A stretch of DNA of 64,000 nt from Guillardia theta CCMP2712 (GCF_000315625.1 NW_005434665.1:318844-382843), one strand, 5' to 3'; counted from the first letter of the stretch, positions 1 through 12,916 are shown. Translations and numbers: made by a program. Notes: a model not told the origin generated them from the letters alone.

Positions 1-3000
1 GGTTGTAACGAGTCTGAATGTATCCAACTTGCAGGTTTCCTGTTGCGCAGGTAAGTTGTGGATCAAGAGCAAGAGCAACAGATCCGGTTGAAGTTCCACC
101 ATCCCTTGAGTTCCTTGCAAACTGAGAGACGAGGTCTGCACTAATACGGTAATTGTTGGAGGTGCTAGGAGTTGCTGACAGCGTGGGATACAAGTATGCT
201 GTTTTTGTTGCACCATTGTATCCTGAAATGGTAGCTGACAGTCCTGCAGCAGTTTCGAGGGTGGCTGTGATGACAGCGTTGCAACTATCTCCCGCAGCAA
301 AGGAGATTGTTGGAGCACTATCATAACCCGTTCCTTTACTCACAAGGGTGACAGCATTCACAGCTCCACCGCTCACAGTATATGTGGCTGTGGCTCCAGT
401 TCCTCCTCCATTGGAAATGATGAGAGTACCTGCGTTTGTGCATGTCGTTCCGCCACTCTGAATATTGAGTGCTGAAAGGGGACCAGAGAAAAATATCTTC
501 ATGCCAACGTAGATATTGTTGACAGCAGAGGATGTACTACTCAGCTGTACATGGTCAGTGCTGCCCGCCTGCAAGTACCCGGTTGCACATGGGGAATCTT
601 CCGTGCAAGTATCGATCGTGCTGGAATCAGGATCGACACAATCGTTTGTAATGCAATTCGAATAGGCGGACACTGCCAAAGTTGCATCAGCATTGTCAAT
701 TCTGTGGGTTTGAGGACAACACTCTGTACCATCTGAGTTCTTGTAAACCCACATGCTTCCCATGTCAGAAACAGTATCCTTGTCGACCCTCATTACACTG
801 AGGCCATCTTCGACACCATCATAAGCAAATTTCGACCTCACTGCCTGACCAACATGACGAGTGACGTATCGAACGTGTTGCTGCCATGTTGCTGCCACGA
901 AAATTGTAACATCACCGGCAGGTAGAGGGAAATTTGGCTGTTTGAAAAAGTAGGAATTAGGTCTTTCGAGCGATGTGCGAATATAAGGTCCAGAATTGAT
1001 AGATTGCATGAAACAATGCAAGAGAGGGAATGACAAGGTAAGAGGACTGATTCTTGAGGCTCCCTCTGCATTTTGACTGAATGCATTTGAAGCGGGCGAT
1101 GCATAGAGATACAACTTTATCTGATCATTACTGGTCATGTTGATGAGTTTGTCACGAGGAATTCTCAGAGTGTCCGTGTAGTTCACCACGGTATTTCCCA
1201 TCGTCCACCGGTTGTCGGCAGGAATACAGTGAGATGGAGCCACTGGAGAAGTTGTATCACAATTCGTGACATTGACAAAGGGGATGGGAGACGGCTCAGG
1301 TCCAAAAGAAGTCGTTGAGTACATGGGATTGCCTTGCATGTGACTGCGCAGACTTTCAAATGATTCCTTCCTGAACAGATCTCCAATCTTCGTGAAATTC
1401 TCATCGTATACACTGATGTATTTGTTCAGCGAGAAGATGTCTGCTCCTACTGTCACGCTGAAGGAGGCATCACCCGATGGACTTCCCATACTCCCAGGGG
1501 GCACTCTGTAAATGACGGAGACATTCAAAGGGTCAGATCCTGGCACGCTGGCAGAGGCTGAGAATCGATAATCGGTAGCATACTTTTTCGTGTAACAGAT
1601 GCCGGCAGTGAATCTCAACCTCAAGGATCGAAAGATCACTTTTCCATCGAGTTCACACCCGATGCAAGCTGTGTTGTTCCCACAGTCATTAGATCCTGAG
1701 CCAAAGTTGCAATGAAATGTCGCTCCACCACCACCAACTCCTGTGAAAGTATTTGGGACACTACCATCTTTAAAGGATCGAAACGTGAACTTGAGCTGAC
1801 CATCAGCAGAGTACTGCATCATTCTATCTTGCGAAATTGCGATTGAGTCTATGTAAGGAGTACTTTCTGAAAATTGAACTGGGCCCTCCATATCATTTCC
1901 AGGCATCCATGGCTTGCAATGAGTGTTCTCCTTGCCGTAAACTCCAGGTTCGACAACGTCATTTCGACCTCCCCTAAAACCCTTCTGTTCAGGTCTGTAA
2001 CCAAGTGGATTGTTAGGGTCTGCAGGCATCCCAGTGCAACCTGTTTCTGGCCCATACGCATTGTAAGGATACTGCCCTTCATACATATACGACAGGTTCC
2101 CACTGAAAAGAGCACCAAGGTAAACTCCATCTTCACCATACACATGGATGCTTGTGCCAGGGCTGGCAATATCTCCCTGCGCCTCCACGGTCAAGGATGC
2201 AGAAGAGCAGATCTCGGGAACGGAACCGAAGTAGTAGTCCTTGACAAACGGCATGCGAATAGGAATACCCTTGATTCCAATGTTCTGATTTTTGGTTGCG
2301 GTTGTCCAAGATGCCGGTTCATTCAGTCCAGGTCCCTCAAAATCATACGAGCACCGAGAGAATCCGCTATTGTATTGACCAATTCCACCACCCTTGCAGC
2401 GATCCACATTTGGTGGAACGAAGTATGGTCTTCCTTCATTATAATCAGTTCCTTGAACGATTTGTGCTGCCGTCGACAAGTCATACGGTCTCGCAAAATT
2501 GCTTGGACAGTCGCCAGCCATGCAGCAATAAGCATCAGGAGATTGCATGCAACCTGGCCGATCAAACACAATTTCATAGTAGTCGTTACTAACGCAAGTT
2601 TTGGAAGTGCAACATGTTTGCGAAGCAGCAGGAGGGCTTGTCGAGCTGGAGTTCACCAAAGTGCCATTTATGAGTGTTTGAACTTGACTTGTTTCACCTC
2701 CTTTGTTGAGAGATCCTTCAATGATAGAAACGTTCCTCAGCCAAGTTGCCTCGTTTCCAGGAAAATATGAACCTCTGATCCAAATTCCAGTCATAGTTTG
2801 TAAGCACTTAATGAATTCGTGCTTCGTTGGATTTCTGGACACCAATTTACCATCTCGCGGGAGCTTTACATTGACCATTTCCCATTGAGAACCATTCCTG
2901 GAAGTGAACGTTTCATCAAGGCGAACATTGTACAGGTGGCTGAGGTAAGTTGGATCCTCACTGAATACACCCTTGATGCCCATAGTGAACTTCTTCTTGC

Positions 3001-3470
3001 TAGACACTAATTGCACATCATATGCAGGCATCGGAGGTAAACCCATGGATTCATACTCGTAATGCCCGAGGTTGTATGTCAACCACCTATCGTTAACATC
3101 ATTAGAGTTTCAAACAACAAAACATGCATATTTACCCATTGTAGGCTAAGGTCATATCACCAGGGAGAAAAGTGCTTGGAGATGCAAAATACCAGATGCC
3201 GTTGGTGACCTGACTGGAATCCATAGCTGCAAGAGATTCGCCTTCTAGAAACAATCCTTGTTGCGACCAGCCAGCTCCCTGATGAAAAGTCACGGCATCA
3301 GTGAAGTTAAATGTAGACAGGTTGGCACAGCAAACCTGTATGGTCCAATTCTGTAGTCCGAGAAAGAAATCCGAAACTGTTAGTACGTCTCCGGGCATTC
3401 CCATCGCTGACTTGTTGACGACAAGGAGAGATACCAAAAAAAGATATGCTGCGAAATGATTGATACGCAT
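1..3470 (-). CDS. Large secreted/surface protein with N-terminal laminin IV (laminin B) domain, Cys-rich segments and phage-like beta-rich repeats; 3' end outside window
   Basis: ATG 3470 with signal peptide MRINHFAAYLFLVSLLVVNKSAMG. GT-AG intron 3135-3087. Exon 2 is in the same frame at 3085 and at base 1 and was open wherever translated (>1100 aa total). Laminin-IV-like motifs WYFASPSTFLPGDMTLAYNGWLTY and PTKHEFIKCLQTMTGIWIRGSY. Confidence 0.8.
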
Positions 3471-4034
3471 ATTGACCAAGTAGTCTTGTGACAGACGAGC
3501 TTTCTTTCGCCTCCTGCACTCAGCAGAAGTTTTCCGTCTGCACCTCAAGAACGAACAAGGGTGCAGTGTCTTTGTGTTACAAACTGAGCGATGGCAGTAG
3601 AAAGAGAGGATCAACTAAGGACAAAGTGCAACAAGAGCAGCCAAGCAAAGAGACAGAGAGAGAGAGAGAGAGAAGTCCTATCCTCTTGTGACACCTCAAC
3701 CCTTCAACGCCGCGCTGAAACCATGGCGCATACTCAGGGGTGAAACGGATAGGGTTAGGGGTTCTTAGCCTGGGGTGGCGTGGGTGGCTATCTTCTCAAG
3801 TACCCCGTCCTGCTACTCACAAAGGAAGGGTGAGGGATGTGGCTAAGGAAACGGTTGGGAGCAATGAGGTAGGGGGGAGATGGGAAGATGAGGGTCGGGT
3901 AGGGCTTAAATAAATTAGTAGGTCCGCAATGTTGTTCTAGCAAGGATAATGTATGCTACCGACCTTGGGTGGTCAAAATCTCTTTTTAAAGCCACCCCGA
4001 CGGCGGTTGAATTATCCTTTGCTGCTATCAAGTG

Positions 4035-4370
4035 AGCCTGCCCCGGACCGGGGCTACCGTACTGGGCGCGGCCCGGCGTCCCACCGTCTACCCGGCACTG
4101 GCTTGACTGGCAGCTTCAGTGGAGCCCGGCCTAGTAACTTTGAAACGCTCGGAGCGGCAGCCCGGCCGGCGGCGTGACTCGGATCGGACCGGTCACCGTC
4201 CGAGTCCTGCCACTGTGACACCAGCCAGCCTGTGACACGCCGGTCAGTCGGCGAGACGGTGACCGCCTTAACGGGGCCGTACTCTTACTCAGTCAGGCTG
4301 AGTATTTTGAGGAGTCAGACCCCTCAGAGTCTCATCAGGCTGCCGGGCCGCAAGCCGGGTAAAACCGTTA
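4035..4370. other. GC/CpG-rich island with local inverted repeats in a divergent intergenic region
   Basis: GCCCCGG-A-CCGGGGC (4040-4054), GACTCGGA...TCCGAGTC (4176-4206), TACTCAG...CTGAGTA (4287-4305). Sharp switch to AT-rich sequence at ~4380. Confidence 0.6.
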
Positions 4371-5059
4371 CAATATGACAAGCGAAAACATAACCGCCAA
4401 AAATTCCGCCCTGCATTTTTAACAAAAGTTTCAAAAGTTGTATTAAAATTTCAAATTTTTAGATAATTAATTATAGTTGCAAGACCAAAAGAATGAGGGA
4501 ACCCCACCTACGCAGGTAAACATTGTGTCGATGACGCAGCCACGCGGCAGGCATGGCAGTGGAAGAGGAAAATGCAATGGGATGCAATGCAGAAGATATG
4601 GTAGACACCGAAGCAACGATGTTTCAGAGAGAAAATTTACCTGGAAAATGTGTGATGCATGTTTAGGGTGCTAAAATCCATGTGATGTAATGAGAGTTCT
4701 GGAATTGATACTGGGAGTTAGTTTGGATAGAAAGGAACGGTTCATTATGATCGGATAATTGTTTAGTTCGATGTTAGATTCCTGATTCGCTGAATTCTTA
4801 CGAATATTTTGTTCAGATTGAAGAAATTCATCTTCTTGTCAAGTTCTGCGAAGAATTTGATTCGCCCTCAAGATTTGTGCTTACGCAGCAGCCACTTGAT
4901 CTTTGAAGGTTGGCGTGCGGCGGCAGAGGGTTTTAGCAAAGGTAAGTTGTATGATCTTTCACGAATTTTCTTTCTGTTCTACCTCTTTGCTCTTTCAACG
5001 TATTGCAGTGACATGCACTACCAATGACTTTCTTTTCAGTCTGAAGGGATCAATTGAAA

Positions 5060-8000
5060 ATGTTCGAGAAGACGCTTTCGGATCTTGTGAAGGGTCTTAG
5101 ATCCAACAAGCGACGTGAAGCAGAGTATGTATCCAAATGTATTGCAGAGATCAAGGAAGAGCTTCAAAGCAAAGACAAGAGTCATACTGTCAAGGCCAAC
5201 GCGGTGGTAAAGCTGGCTTATTTGCAAATGCTCGGATATGATATGCAATGGGCTTCCTTTCACATTGTCGAAGTGATGTCATCTCCTGGTTTTGCTCAAA
5301 AGCGTTTAGGATATCTTGGTGCTTCCGTATCCTTTAATGATGAAACAGAAGTGGTGTTACTCTGCACAAACATGTTCAAGAAGGACTTCCAAGATGCTAG
5401 CCCATTCGTAGTTGGCCTTGCCATCAATTGCTTGGCCAATATCTGCACCACAGATCTTGCGCGAGACCTGGTTGCTGATGTTGTGCAGCTCATGAACAGC
5501 AACAGGGCTTATGTTAGGAAGAAGGCAGTTCTGGTCATGTACAAGATTTTTCTAAAGTTCCCTGACGCTCTCCGACCTTCGTTCCCCAAACTCAAGGAGA
5601 AATTGGAAGACAGGGATACTTCGACGGTATCATGCGCTGTCAACGTGATTTGCGAGTTGGCCAGGAAAAACCCTCAGAATTATCTTGCGCTAGCTCCCAT
5701 CTTCTTCAAACTACTCACGCACACAGCGAACAATTGGATGCTAATCAAAATCGTCAAACTTCTAGGAGCACTATGTCCTCTGGAACCACGCTTAGGCAAG
5801 AAATTGGTCGAACCTCTTACCAATTTGATTAATACCACACCTGCAAAATCGCTTCTTTATGAGGCAATCCATACAGTGTCAGTTGGTATGACCCCTCATT
5901 TGGAAATTGTTCAGCTTTCGATGGAAAAGTTGAAGGATTTTGTTGAGGATGAAGATCAAAATCTGAAATATCTTGGCTTGTTGGCTATGGGAAATTTCAT
6001 GAAGGTCCATCCAAGGATTGTAGCTGAGCACAAAACAATGATTCTCAAATGTTTGAATGATGAAGATATCACGATTCGCCATCGCGCCCTTGATTTGGTT
6101 TCAGGGATGGTTACCAAGAAGAATCTACAAGATATTGTTCGTATTCTTATGGAGCACGTTGACAACTCTGAGGGAAGTTTTCGGCATGATCTCGTCGACA
6201 AGATAATCGAGGTGTCGTCAGCAAATGGATACGCTGCGGTTACCAACTTCGAATGGTACATCACGACTTTGTGCAAGCTCGCCAGAGTTCCGGGTGTTTG
6301 TAACGGTCTGAATTTGAAGAACCAGCTGATGGACGTCATCATTCGTGTCAGAGCTGTTCGTGAATTTGGAGTTGCGGCTATGGTTGACATTCTCCGCGAC
6401 ATTGACATGTTGTCTCAGTGCAGCAGGGATCCTACCTCAGCTGAGGTGATGTATGCTGCTGCCTGGTTGGTAGGAGAGTTCTCTGACCTGCTCGAGGACT
6501 CAAAGAGAGCTGGAGTTATGGATTCTCTTCTCTCCAAGAGGGTGATGTGTCTCCCAGAACATGTACAAAGTGTGTACCTGCACAGTGCTTTGAAGATTTA
6601 CGTCAGTGCTTCCAAAGGCTTCTCACCAACAGGAAATCTCCTAGAGGATGAAAGCATCTCGAATCACACTGGAGATCTCCTCTCCCAAGCTGAGACTGCC
6701 TCATCCCAACTGGGGGAAGCGGCTGCAAACCCGCAGAATGACTTGGACCTTCTCCTAGGCTCTGATCTTCCTCCGATGCAACAAGCACCTCAAGTCGCTG
6801 AAGCTGCCGCAGTCCCTTCAGGTGCCGTACAAGCGAGGCCAGCGAATGTCCCCTCTGCTCAGCTATACAACATCTTGGACGAACGGCTTCCGGCTTTTGA
6901 GAAGAGCACGCTGCTGGAGGTGCAAGAGCGAGCCTGTATCTGTCATCACCTTTTGGAACTTGTAAAGGAAGCAGAATCTCTTGGATCCGAGACCATTCTT
7001 CAAAGCCAGTTCGAGTCGATGTTTCTGGACGAGCTGAAGCCCGTGGCACCCAAAGCTCAGTCAAAAGTGCCAGTTCCTGAAGGCCTTGACCTTGATGCAA
7101 GAATCCATGACGTTGAACTAGAGGATGAGCCAACAGAAGATGAAAGTGAGCACTCAGCAAATGAGCAAGATGAGGACAGCGATGGCGAGAAGAAGAAGAA
7201 GAAGAAGAAGGAAAAAAGTTCAGGATGGAGTGAAAATGACTTCATGGGCTCAGACAAGTTTGCAATTAAACCATCCAAGAAGGAACTGAAGAAGATGCAG
7301 AAACAAGCTGAGAAGGAACGCAAGAAGAGAATCACGGATCCGTTCTATCTTGGTGCCAAGACCGCATCAGAGGAGCAAGCTGTCTTGCTTGATGCTCAGG
7401 AAGTGGAGGCTATTCCGATCTTCCATCTCAGTGATGATGAAGAGGGGGGCAAGAAGAAGAAGCGAAAAAGCAAGAAGAAGAAGAATGACAGTGACGAGGA
7501 TGACGGGCAGGACGAGCCGTCAACTCCGAACTCTTCGAATGCTCCTCTTGTACACATGGGATACGAAATGCCTGACGCGGATGGCGATGACGAGGATGCC
7601 AACGAAGACGCAGGAGCATCGCGAGATGAACTTGCTGCCAAGCTTAATGTGGACTTGTCGAAGCCCCTGAAGGCATCTGAGGTCCTTCCTACCATCAAAC
7701 AATATGAACGCAAGTCGCGATATGAAATTGAAGAGGAAGAGAGGAAGAAGAAGAAGAAGGAGAAGAAGGAGAAGGAGAAAATGAAGAAGGAGAAGAAGGA
7801 CAAGAAGAGCAAGGAACACGAAGATGATACGAATTCAAAAGATGATCTGTTGGATTTTGAAAAGCTCTCAGAGGACAACAAGGATTCAGAGCAAAAGGAT
7901 GACTTGTTAGATGAAATTTCATCTTCCAAGCCGTCAGCGCCAGTACAGAATCGATCGGCCTTGGTTGCCTCTGACGACCTTGATCTCCTTTTTGAGACAA

Positions 8001-9012
8001 AATCTGCATCATTGCCGGAGGAAGTTGTGGTGAGTGGGTGACGAAGAATATCCATAAAGTCTGACTTATTGCATAGGACAAGGGTGGGAAGAAGAAGGAA
8101 TCGAAGAAGAGCAAGGATCACAGCTCCAAACGTAAGGATGAGACTGAGAGCGAAGAGGAGAGCGAAGAGGAGGACAAGAAGTCCAAGAAAGACAAGAAGA
8201 AAGACAGCGGGAAGAAGGACAAGAAGAAGAAGGACAAGAAAGAGAAATCAGACAAGAAGAGTTCCAAGAAGGATCGGGAGAGTCCGCGGGAGGATCAGTG
8301 TCCCCGTCTCATCCCTCGCTCGCTTGGGAGCGACAAGATGATCAAGGCCACTTACGAGGCCAAGGCTGCTCTCGACTCCAACGCCAAGGTGCCGCCGGTG
8401 ATAGTGACGGTCACTTTGACCAACACGGGAGACTTCACCTTGCAACCGGTCTCCATCAACGTGACTACAAGCATGAATGTACGGCTCTCCACTCCTCCCA
8501 ACGAGCTGCAGCTCCTGGGCCCTGGCAGCTCAGCTGAGATCAGGATGGAGCTGGTGGTCGCCAGCGTTGGCAAGCCGCACAAGGTCAAGTGCTCGATCAA
8601 GTACGAGGCGACGGGCGAGGGTGCCCCGGCAGCTCCGATCACAGTTCCCTGTGAGATGCTCCTCCCTTGCTCCTCCTTCCTCGTGGCACGGGCGATGACC
8701 CACGACGAGTTCAACTCTCTCATCGGCTCCAACTCAACGCCGCACAAGTCAAGTGCTGTGATCGAAGCCGGAGGGAGACCATTCAAGCACTCCCTCCACC
8801 TCCTCGCCTCTCTCCTCAACCTGCGGGTCGTTCACTCTATGGATGGAGCCGCCTGCCTGTACGCCATGTCGGTACTTGGCCACCATGTCGCAGTGCTGGC
8901 GAAAGCGAAGGGAGGAAGCATGGTTAGCGTTGACATGCGATGCAGCGATGAGGCGCTGTGCCAGCAGCTTTGCAACGAAGTCTCGGGGCTGCCGTTGTTC
9001 ATAGCCCAGTGA
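5060..9012 (+). CDS. AP3D1: AP-3 adaptor complex delta subunit (exons 5060-8029, 8077-9012)
   Basis: MFEKTLSDLVKGLR start, Adaptin_N motifs (WASFHIVEVMSS, KRLGYL, NNWMLIKIVKL, DQNLKYLGLL), ELKPVAPKAQSKVPVPEGLDLDA, acidic/Lys-rich hinge and C-terminal appendage. A 47-nt GT-AG intron joins the two ORFs in frame. Confidence 0.95.
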
Positions 9013-9035
9013 ATGATTTTGTAAGAAACTTTGAG

Positions 9036-9073
9036 GGGCAGGAGAGGGGCAGGAGAGGGGCAGGAGAGGGGCA
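9036..9073 (+). repeat. Short tandem repeat (GGGGCAGGAGA)x3
   Basis: Directly visible just after the AP3D stop codon. Confidence 0.85.
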
Positions 9074-9278
9074 GTTTTTTCATTCAGGGATCCAATAAAG
9101 GCAGCTCATTAGGGATCGAATAAAGGCAGCATTAGCGAATCTCTTAAAGATCTTCCTCAAGCCTCACCTCTAACTTGTGATTCAAACTCTGCTTCAAACT
9201 TCGCGCGAAAGTTTCAAAGTTCGTTAGGACCCGCTAAGTTCAAGGTCGATCGAACATGTGGGCCCAGAATGAATCATG

Positions 9279-9427
9279 NNNNNNNNNNNNNNNNNNNNNN
9301 NNNNNNNNNNNNNNNNNNNNNNNNNNNNNNNNNNNNNNNNNNNNNNNNNNNNNNNNNNNNNNNNNNNNNNNNNNNNNNNNNNNNNNNNNNNNNNNNNNNN
9401 NNNNNNNNNNNNNNNNNNNNNNNNNNN
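9279..9427. other. Assembly gap followed by GA-rich low-complexity tract
   Basis: N run; purine-rich repeats 9430-9630. Confidence 0.95.
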
Positions 9428-9629
9428 CGAGGGACGAACGGACGGATGGATGGAGTGAGGGAGCGAGGGGAGCGAGGGGAGCGAGGGAGGGAGCGAAGGA
9501 GATTGAGGGGAGCGAGGGAGGGGAGCGAGGGGGATTGAGGGGGAGGGGGGCGGAGGGGACCGAGGGGACTGAGGGGAGGTAGGTGGGGGGGGAGTGGGGG
9601 AGGGGAGGGGGAGGGAGGGGAGGGAGAAC

Positions 9630-11370
9630 CAGAGGAGTCGTAGAACATCCAGGAATGAAGAGAGAGTTAAGTACGCGACTGCTGATTTAGAGTCACTCCT
9701 GCAGGTCCAACGCCTTGCGGTCGAACGTCTGATGGCTGATGCTCTTTCCGACAAATCTCGCCATTTTGCTCGCTGACTAGGTTGATACGCCCATGGCAGA
9801 CGTCGTCGAGGACGACAAGGATGGTAGCTCTATGATACTCATTTCGCTCCTTTCATGTAGCTCGTCCGCAGACTCCTCCTCCTCGTCCTCCTCCGACTGC
9901 TGGGAATGCACAACATGCCTTAAGAGCATTCCTGGAATCATCTGGCAGGTAGCCTGAACCTCCTTGCGCGGAACTTTCGATCGACATGTTTTTCTGTTTC
10001 CCAGTGCCGTAGCGGCCACCTGCTTTGCGGCGACTGCCATGTTCTTGCCAAGAACCACTGCCCCACATGCTCAGTAGAGCTGGAGGGCATCAGAAATCGC
10101 GCTGTCGAGCGAATACGAGAGCGAAGGATACTGAAGAAGGAGCGGAAGGTGAAGTTCTGGGTTGCGCTACCTCCCTCATTGTGCGTTAGAAAGGGAAGCC
10201 TGCGGCTGAAAGCGAGCAGAGCAAGAAGCAGCGGGTCCACAATAAGGGCGGAAGATCGCAGTATGCTACATCTGTGCTCTTTGAACTTGTCTTGAGCGCT
10301 GTCAGCCACAGGAACGAGCAGGCGAGCGCTGAGAGCGCAAGGCCGCCCAACCCGATCCCCGAGGTTCTCCTGCTGATGTCTATTTGCAAACTTGTGGTGA
10401 AGAACTTTTGTAGATTGTTCGGAAAAATTCGCTGGTTGTCATCAGCGCGTGTGTGGCATTGGTAGCTGTCTTGCTGTTCCCGGTATCTGGTGTTGTTGGT
10501 ATCTTGCAATGCAGCTGACACAGTACCAGTACGCAAGAACGGGGCTCGGGACTCTCAGGGAGGGAGCAAAATCTTCGTGGACGAGCTTGTTTGCAGGAAT
10601 ATCCTCCTAGAGACGAGCTCCCGCAGCTGACAACCTTGATACAGGGCCATCAAGAGCTGCAGAGGGTGCGGTGTTGATCAATCATACCAATGGGACCAAC
10701 ACCACAAAGAACATCAGCGACGGTGAGAGAGGAGATGAGAATTCTACAGCCAGCAGCAACACGAGCATCGACTCGTCTCCCACAAACAGCACGCAGAGTC
10801 ACCAAGAAGGGTGTGTCTTATCTTGTCTCTGATTTCAATGACAAACATTCAACTTCCCCCTCAGTTCCAACCAGACTCTGCTATCTAAACCTATCCCTCG
10901 CTGGGCCGAACTTCCTGTCCCACGTCCCTTGCGATTGTGCTCTTTCAAGAGGGATGAAGTGGTGAGCTGAACCCTCGAGATTTTGACGCTGCCAGCTCAT
11001 CCTGTGCCTCTTGCGCCTTGGCTGACTTTCCCTTAAGGTTGACCTTGACTGGACTTGGGTTGTCATGGCAGACGCCATGGGTTGGGCCCACCAGGTGAAG
11101 AGTTTTGGCACTCGGCCGTGACTGAGATGAATCCGGCAGGGCCCCCTCATGAATGTCGATCGTCCTTCGAGTGATTATGGGGTGTGGGTTTGCATCTGCC
11201 CTGAAGCGATGTGAGCGAGGGGATGGAAATGGTTCTCAGTGTGCTAACTCGTTTGTTCTCCTCTCCCCCTTACGTCAGAGTCCGTCAACCCTGCGTCAAG
11301 TATATTAGTTCAGGAGATCCGGATTATGCCTGCATGAGGGTAAGGAGCCGTGATGTTTCGCGGCTGCCAG
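9630..11370 (+). CDS. Multi-exon gene with SINA/Siah-type RING finger (putative E3 ligase); both ends uncertain
   Basis: Removing intron 9949-10004 gives WECTTCLKSIPGIIWQ-CRSGHLLCGDCHVLAKNHCPTCSVELEGIRNRAVERI, the Sina RING pattern including the RN-x-A-x-E tail. Further short GT-AG-bounded exons follow. The 5' part may lie in the gap. Confidence 0.65.
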
Positions 11371-11536
11371 CGATAATTCGTTTGACAGTACCACGAAACG
11401 AAGAAAATCTTTCAATTCTGGCGATGGAATTTCGCGCCAGACGTGAGAAATTTCAGCTCTCTGATCCTTGTTTCTTCCCTCGTTCGCCCTTCCTTCATTT
11501 TGCTCGGAATTTCCCATATTTCCATCCATGTCCTCT

Positions 11537-12850
11537 ATGATGTGCCCCTTTCGTGTGATCCTGGACTTTCTCTCTTCGGGTAAGATGGATTTACATGGTG
11601 GCTAATGGAAGTTTTTGCAGCAAACGAGTTACATTCCCGTCCGATCAGAAGGTAGGACTTTGCACTCGAGGATGTGGTACTGACGTGAAGGGACTCCCAG
11701 TCGCTGCTGTGTCTCGGCCGTACTACTGCTCCCATGAGCCAGGTCTGAGACAAGGGGAGAATGAAAGGAGGGGGGGCGCATGAGAGGAGAGAAAGGAGGA
11801 GATAGAGGAAGAGAGAGGAAGAGGGAGGAATGAGCAGGGGAGAGTTGATACTCAACTGGAAAATGTGCAGGCGACTGGATCCCCGTAGATTGGATTCAGA
11901 TGGAACACCTCATTTCCACTCAGGTTACCTTTTAAATCCTCCCCCCCCCCCCGGCCACTTCTCCTCTCTCCTTCCTTTTCGTCTTCCTTCTCTCCGTCCT
12001 ATCCTTCCGACTCCTCGCCATGCTCTCCTGCTTCTCATTTGTCCCCTTCCACCACCACCACCAGCTCCTCCTCCTCCTCCTCCTCCTCCTCCTCCTCTTC
12101 CTCATCCACCTCCGCCTGACCTTCCTCCCCAGAGGGCTTTCAACGGTTCGCTATCTCCAGAGGAGCAAACTTCGGTACTTTCCCCCTTCAGCCTGCTGTC
12201 CTCTCAGCTTGTTTTCAGTCCTACAGCCGCTGGGCTTGCCTTGGACCCCATATGGTCGCCGTACTCCACAACAGAATCTCCGTCCCTAAGACTCCCGGTC
12301 AGCTCAGACCTTGTCTCACGGCTTGTGACGCGGCTGGCAGGGCTTCGGAAGGCTCCGATCTCCGAGAAGGTGATAGAGGAGGCTGTCTCTGCTAAGACGC
12401 TGATAGTCATGATGGAAGATGCGGCCTTGTGTCCAGTGGTCCTCCGATCTAAGTATGGACTCACTTCCCCCGCCTCTTCTCTGACTCCCCGCAGCCATCG
12501 ATCACTTTATCTACGACCTGCTCTGCATGAAGTACCACGAACAGAACGACGAGTTTCATTTCTGGTCGCATTCTCCCTCCCTCCCTCCCTCCCTCCCTCC
12601 CTCCCTCTCTTTCTCTCCCTCCCTCTCTTTCTCTCCCTCCCTCTCTCACACTCAATCTCGTTCTTCTCCTCCTTCCTCCCCCCCCCTCCCCTCCCTCTCA
12701 ACATCTCACGAGAAACTTGTCAGGACGTGGAATTCGATGAGGAAGGACGCAGGGAAGGTGGGATACAGGTGAATTTGCTGATTTGCCCTGACGCCATGTG
12801 ACCTCTATGGGCAACAGCAAAGCATACAAGCTGATAAGGAAGTAAAGAAA
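11537..12850 (+). CDS. Hypothetical multi-exon gene, no recognisable domain
   Basis: Short complex segments bounded by GT/AG alternate with SSR-rich introns (e.g. exon AIDHFIYDLLCMKYHEQNDEFHFW at ~12494-12565). Confidence 0.35.
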
Positions 12851-12916
12851 TGTTGCATTACTACAAACGCTATCTACCTCAATCATTCCTGTACCATGTA
12901 CCATCCTCTTCCTCCT

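Noticed and set aside
1874-2770. 298-aa plus-strand ORF
   Set aside because: Antisense shadow of the laminin-IV protein exon.
3745-3765. Telomere-like TAGGGTTAGGG
   Set aside because: Only about two units; better treated as part of the G-box arrays.
7396-8121. 241-aa Ser/Phe-rich minus ORF
   Set aside because: Antisense to the Lys/Glu-rich hinge of AP-3 delta.
11830-12801. 323-aa Pro/Leu-rich ORF as a single-exon gene
   Set aside because: Reads through pyrimidine SSR tracts that lack stop codons and look like introns.
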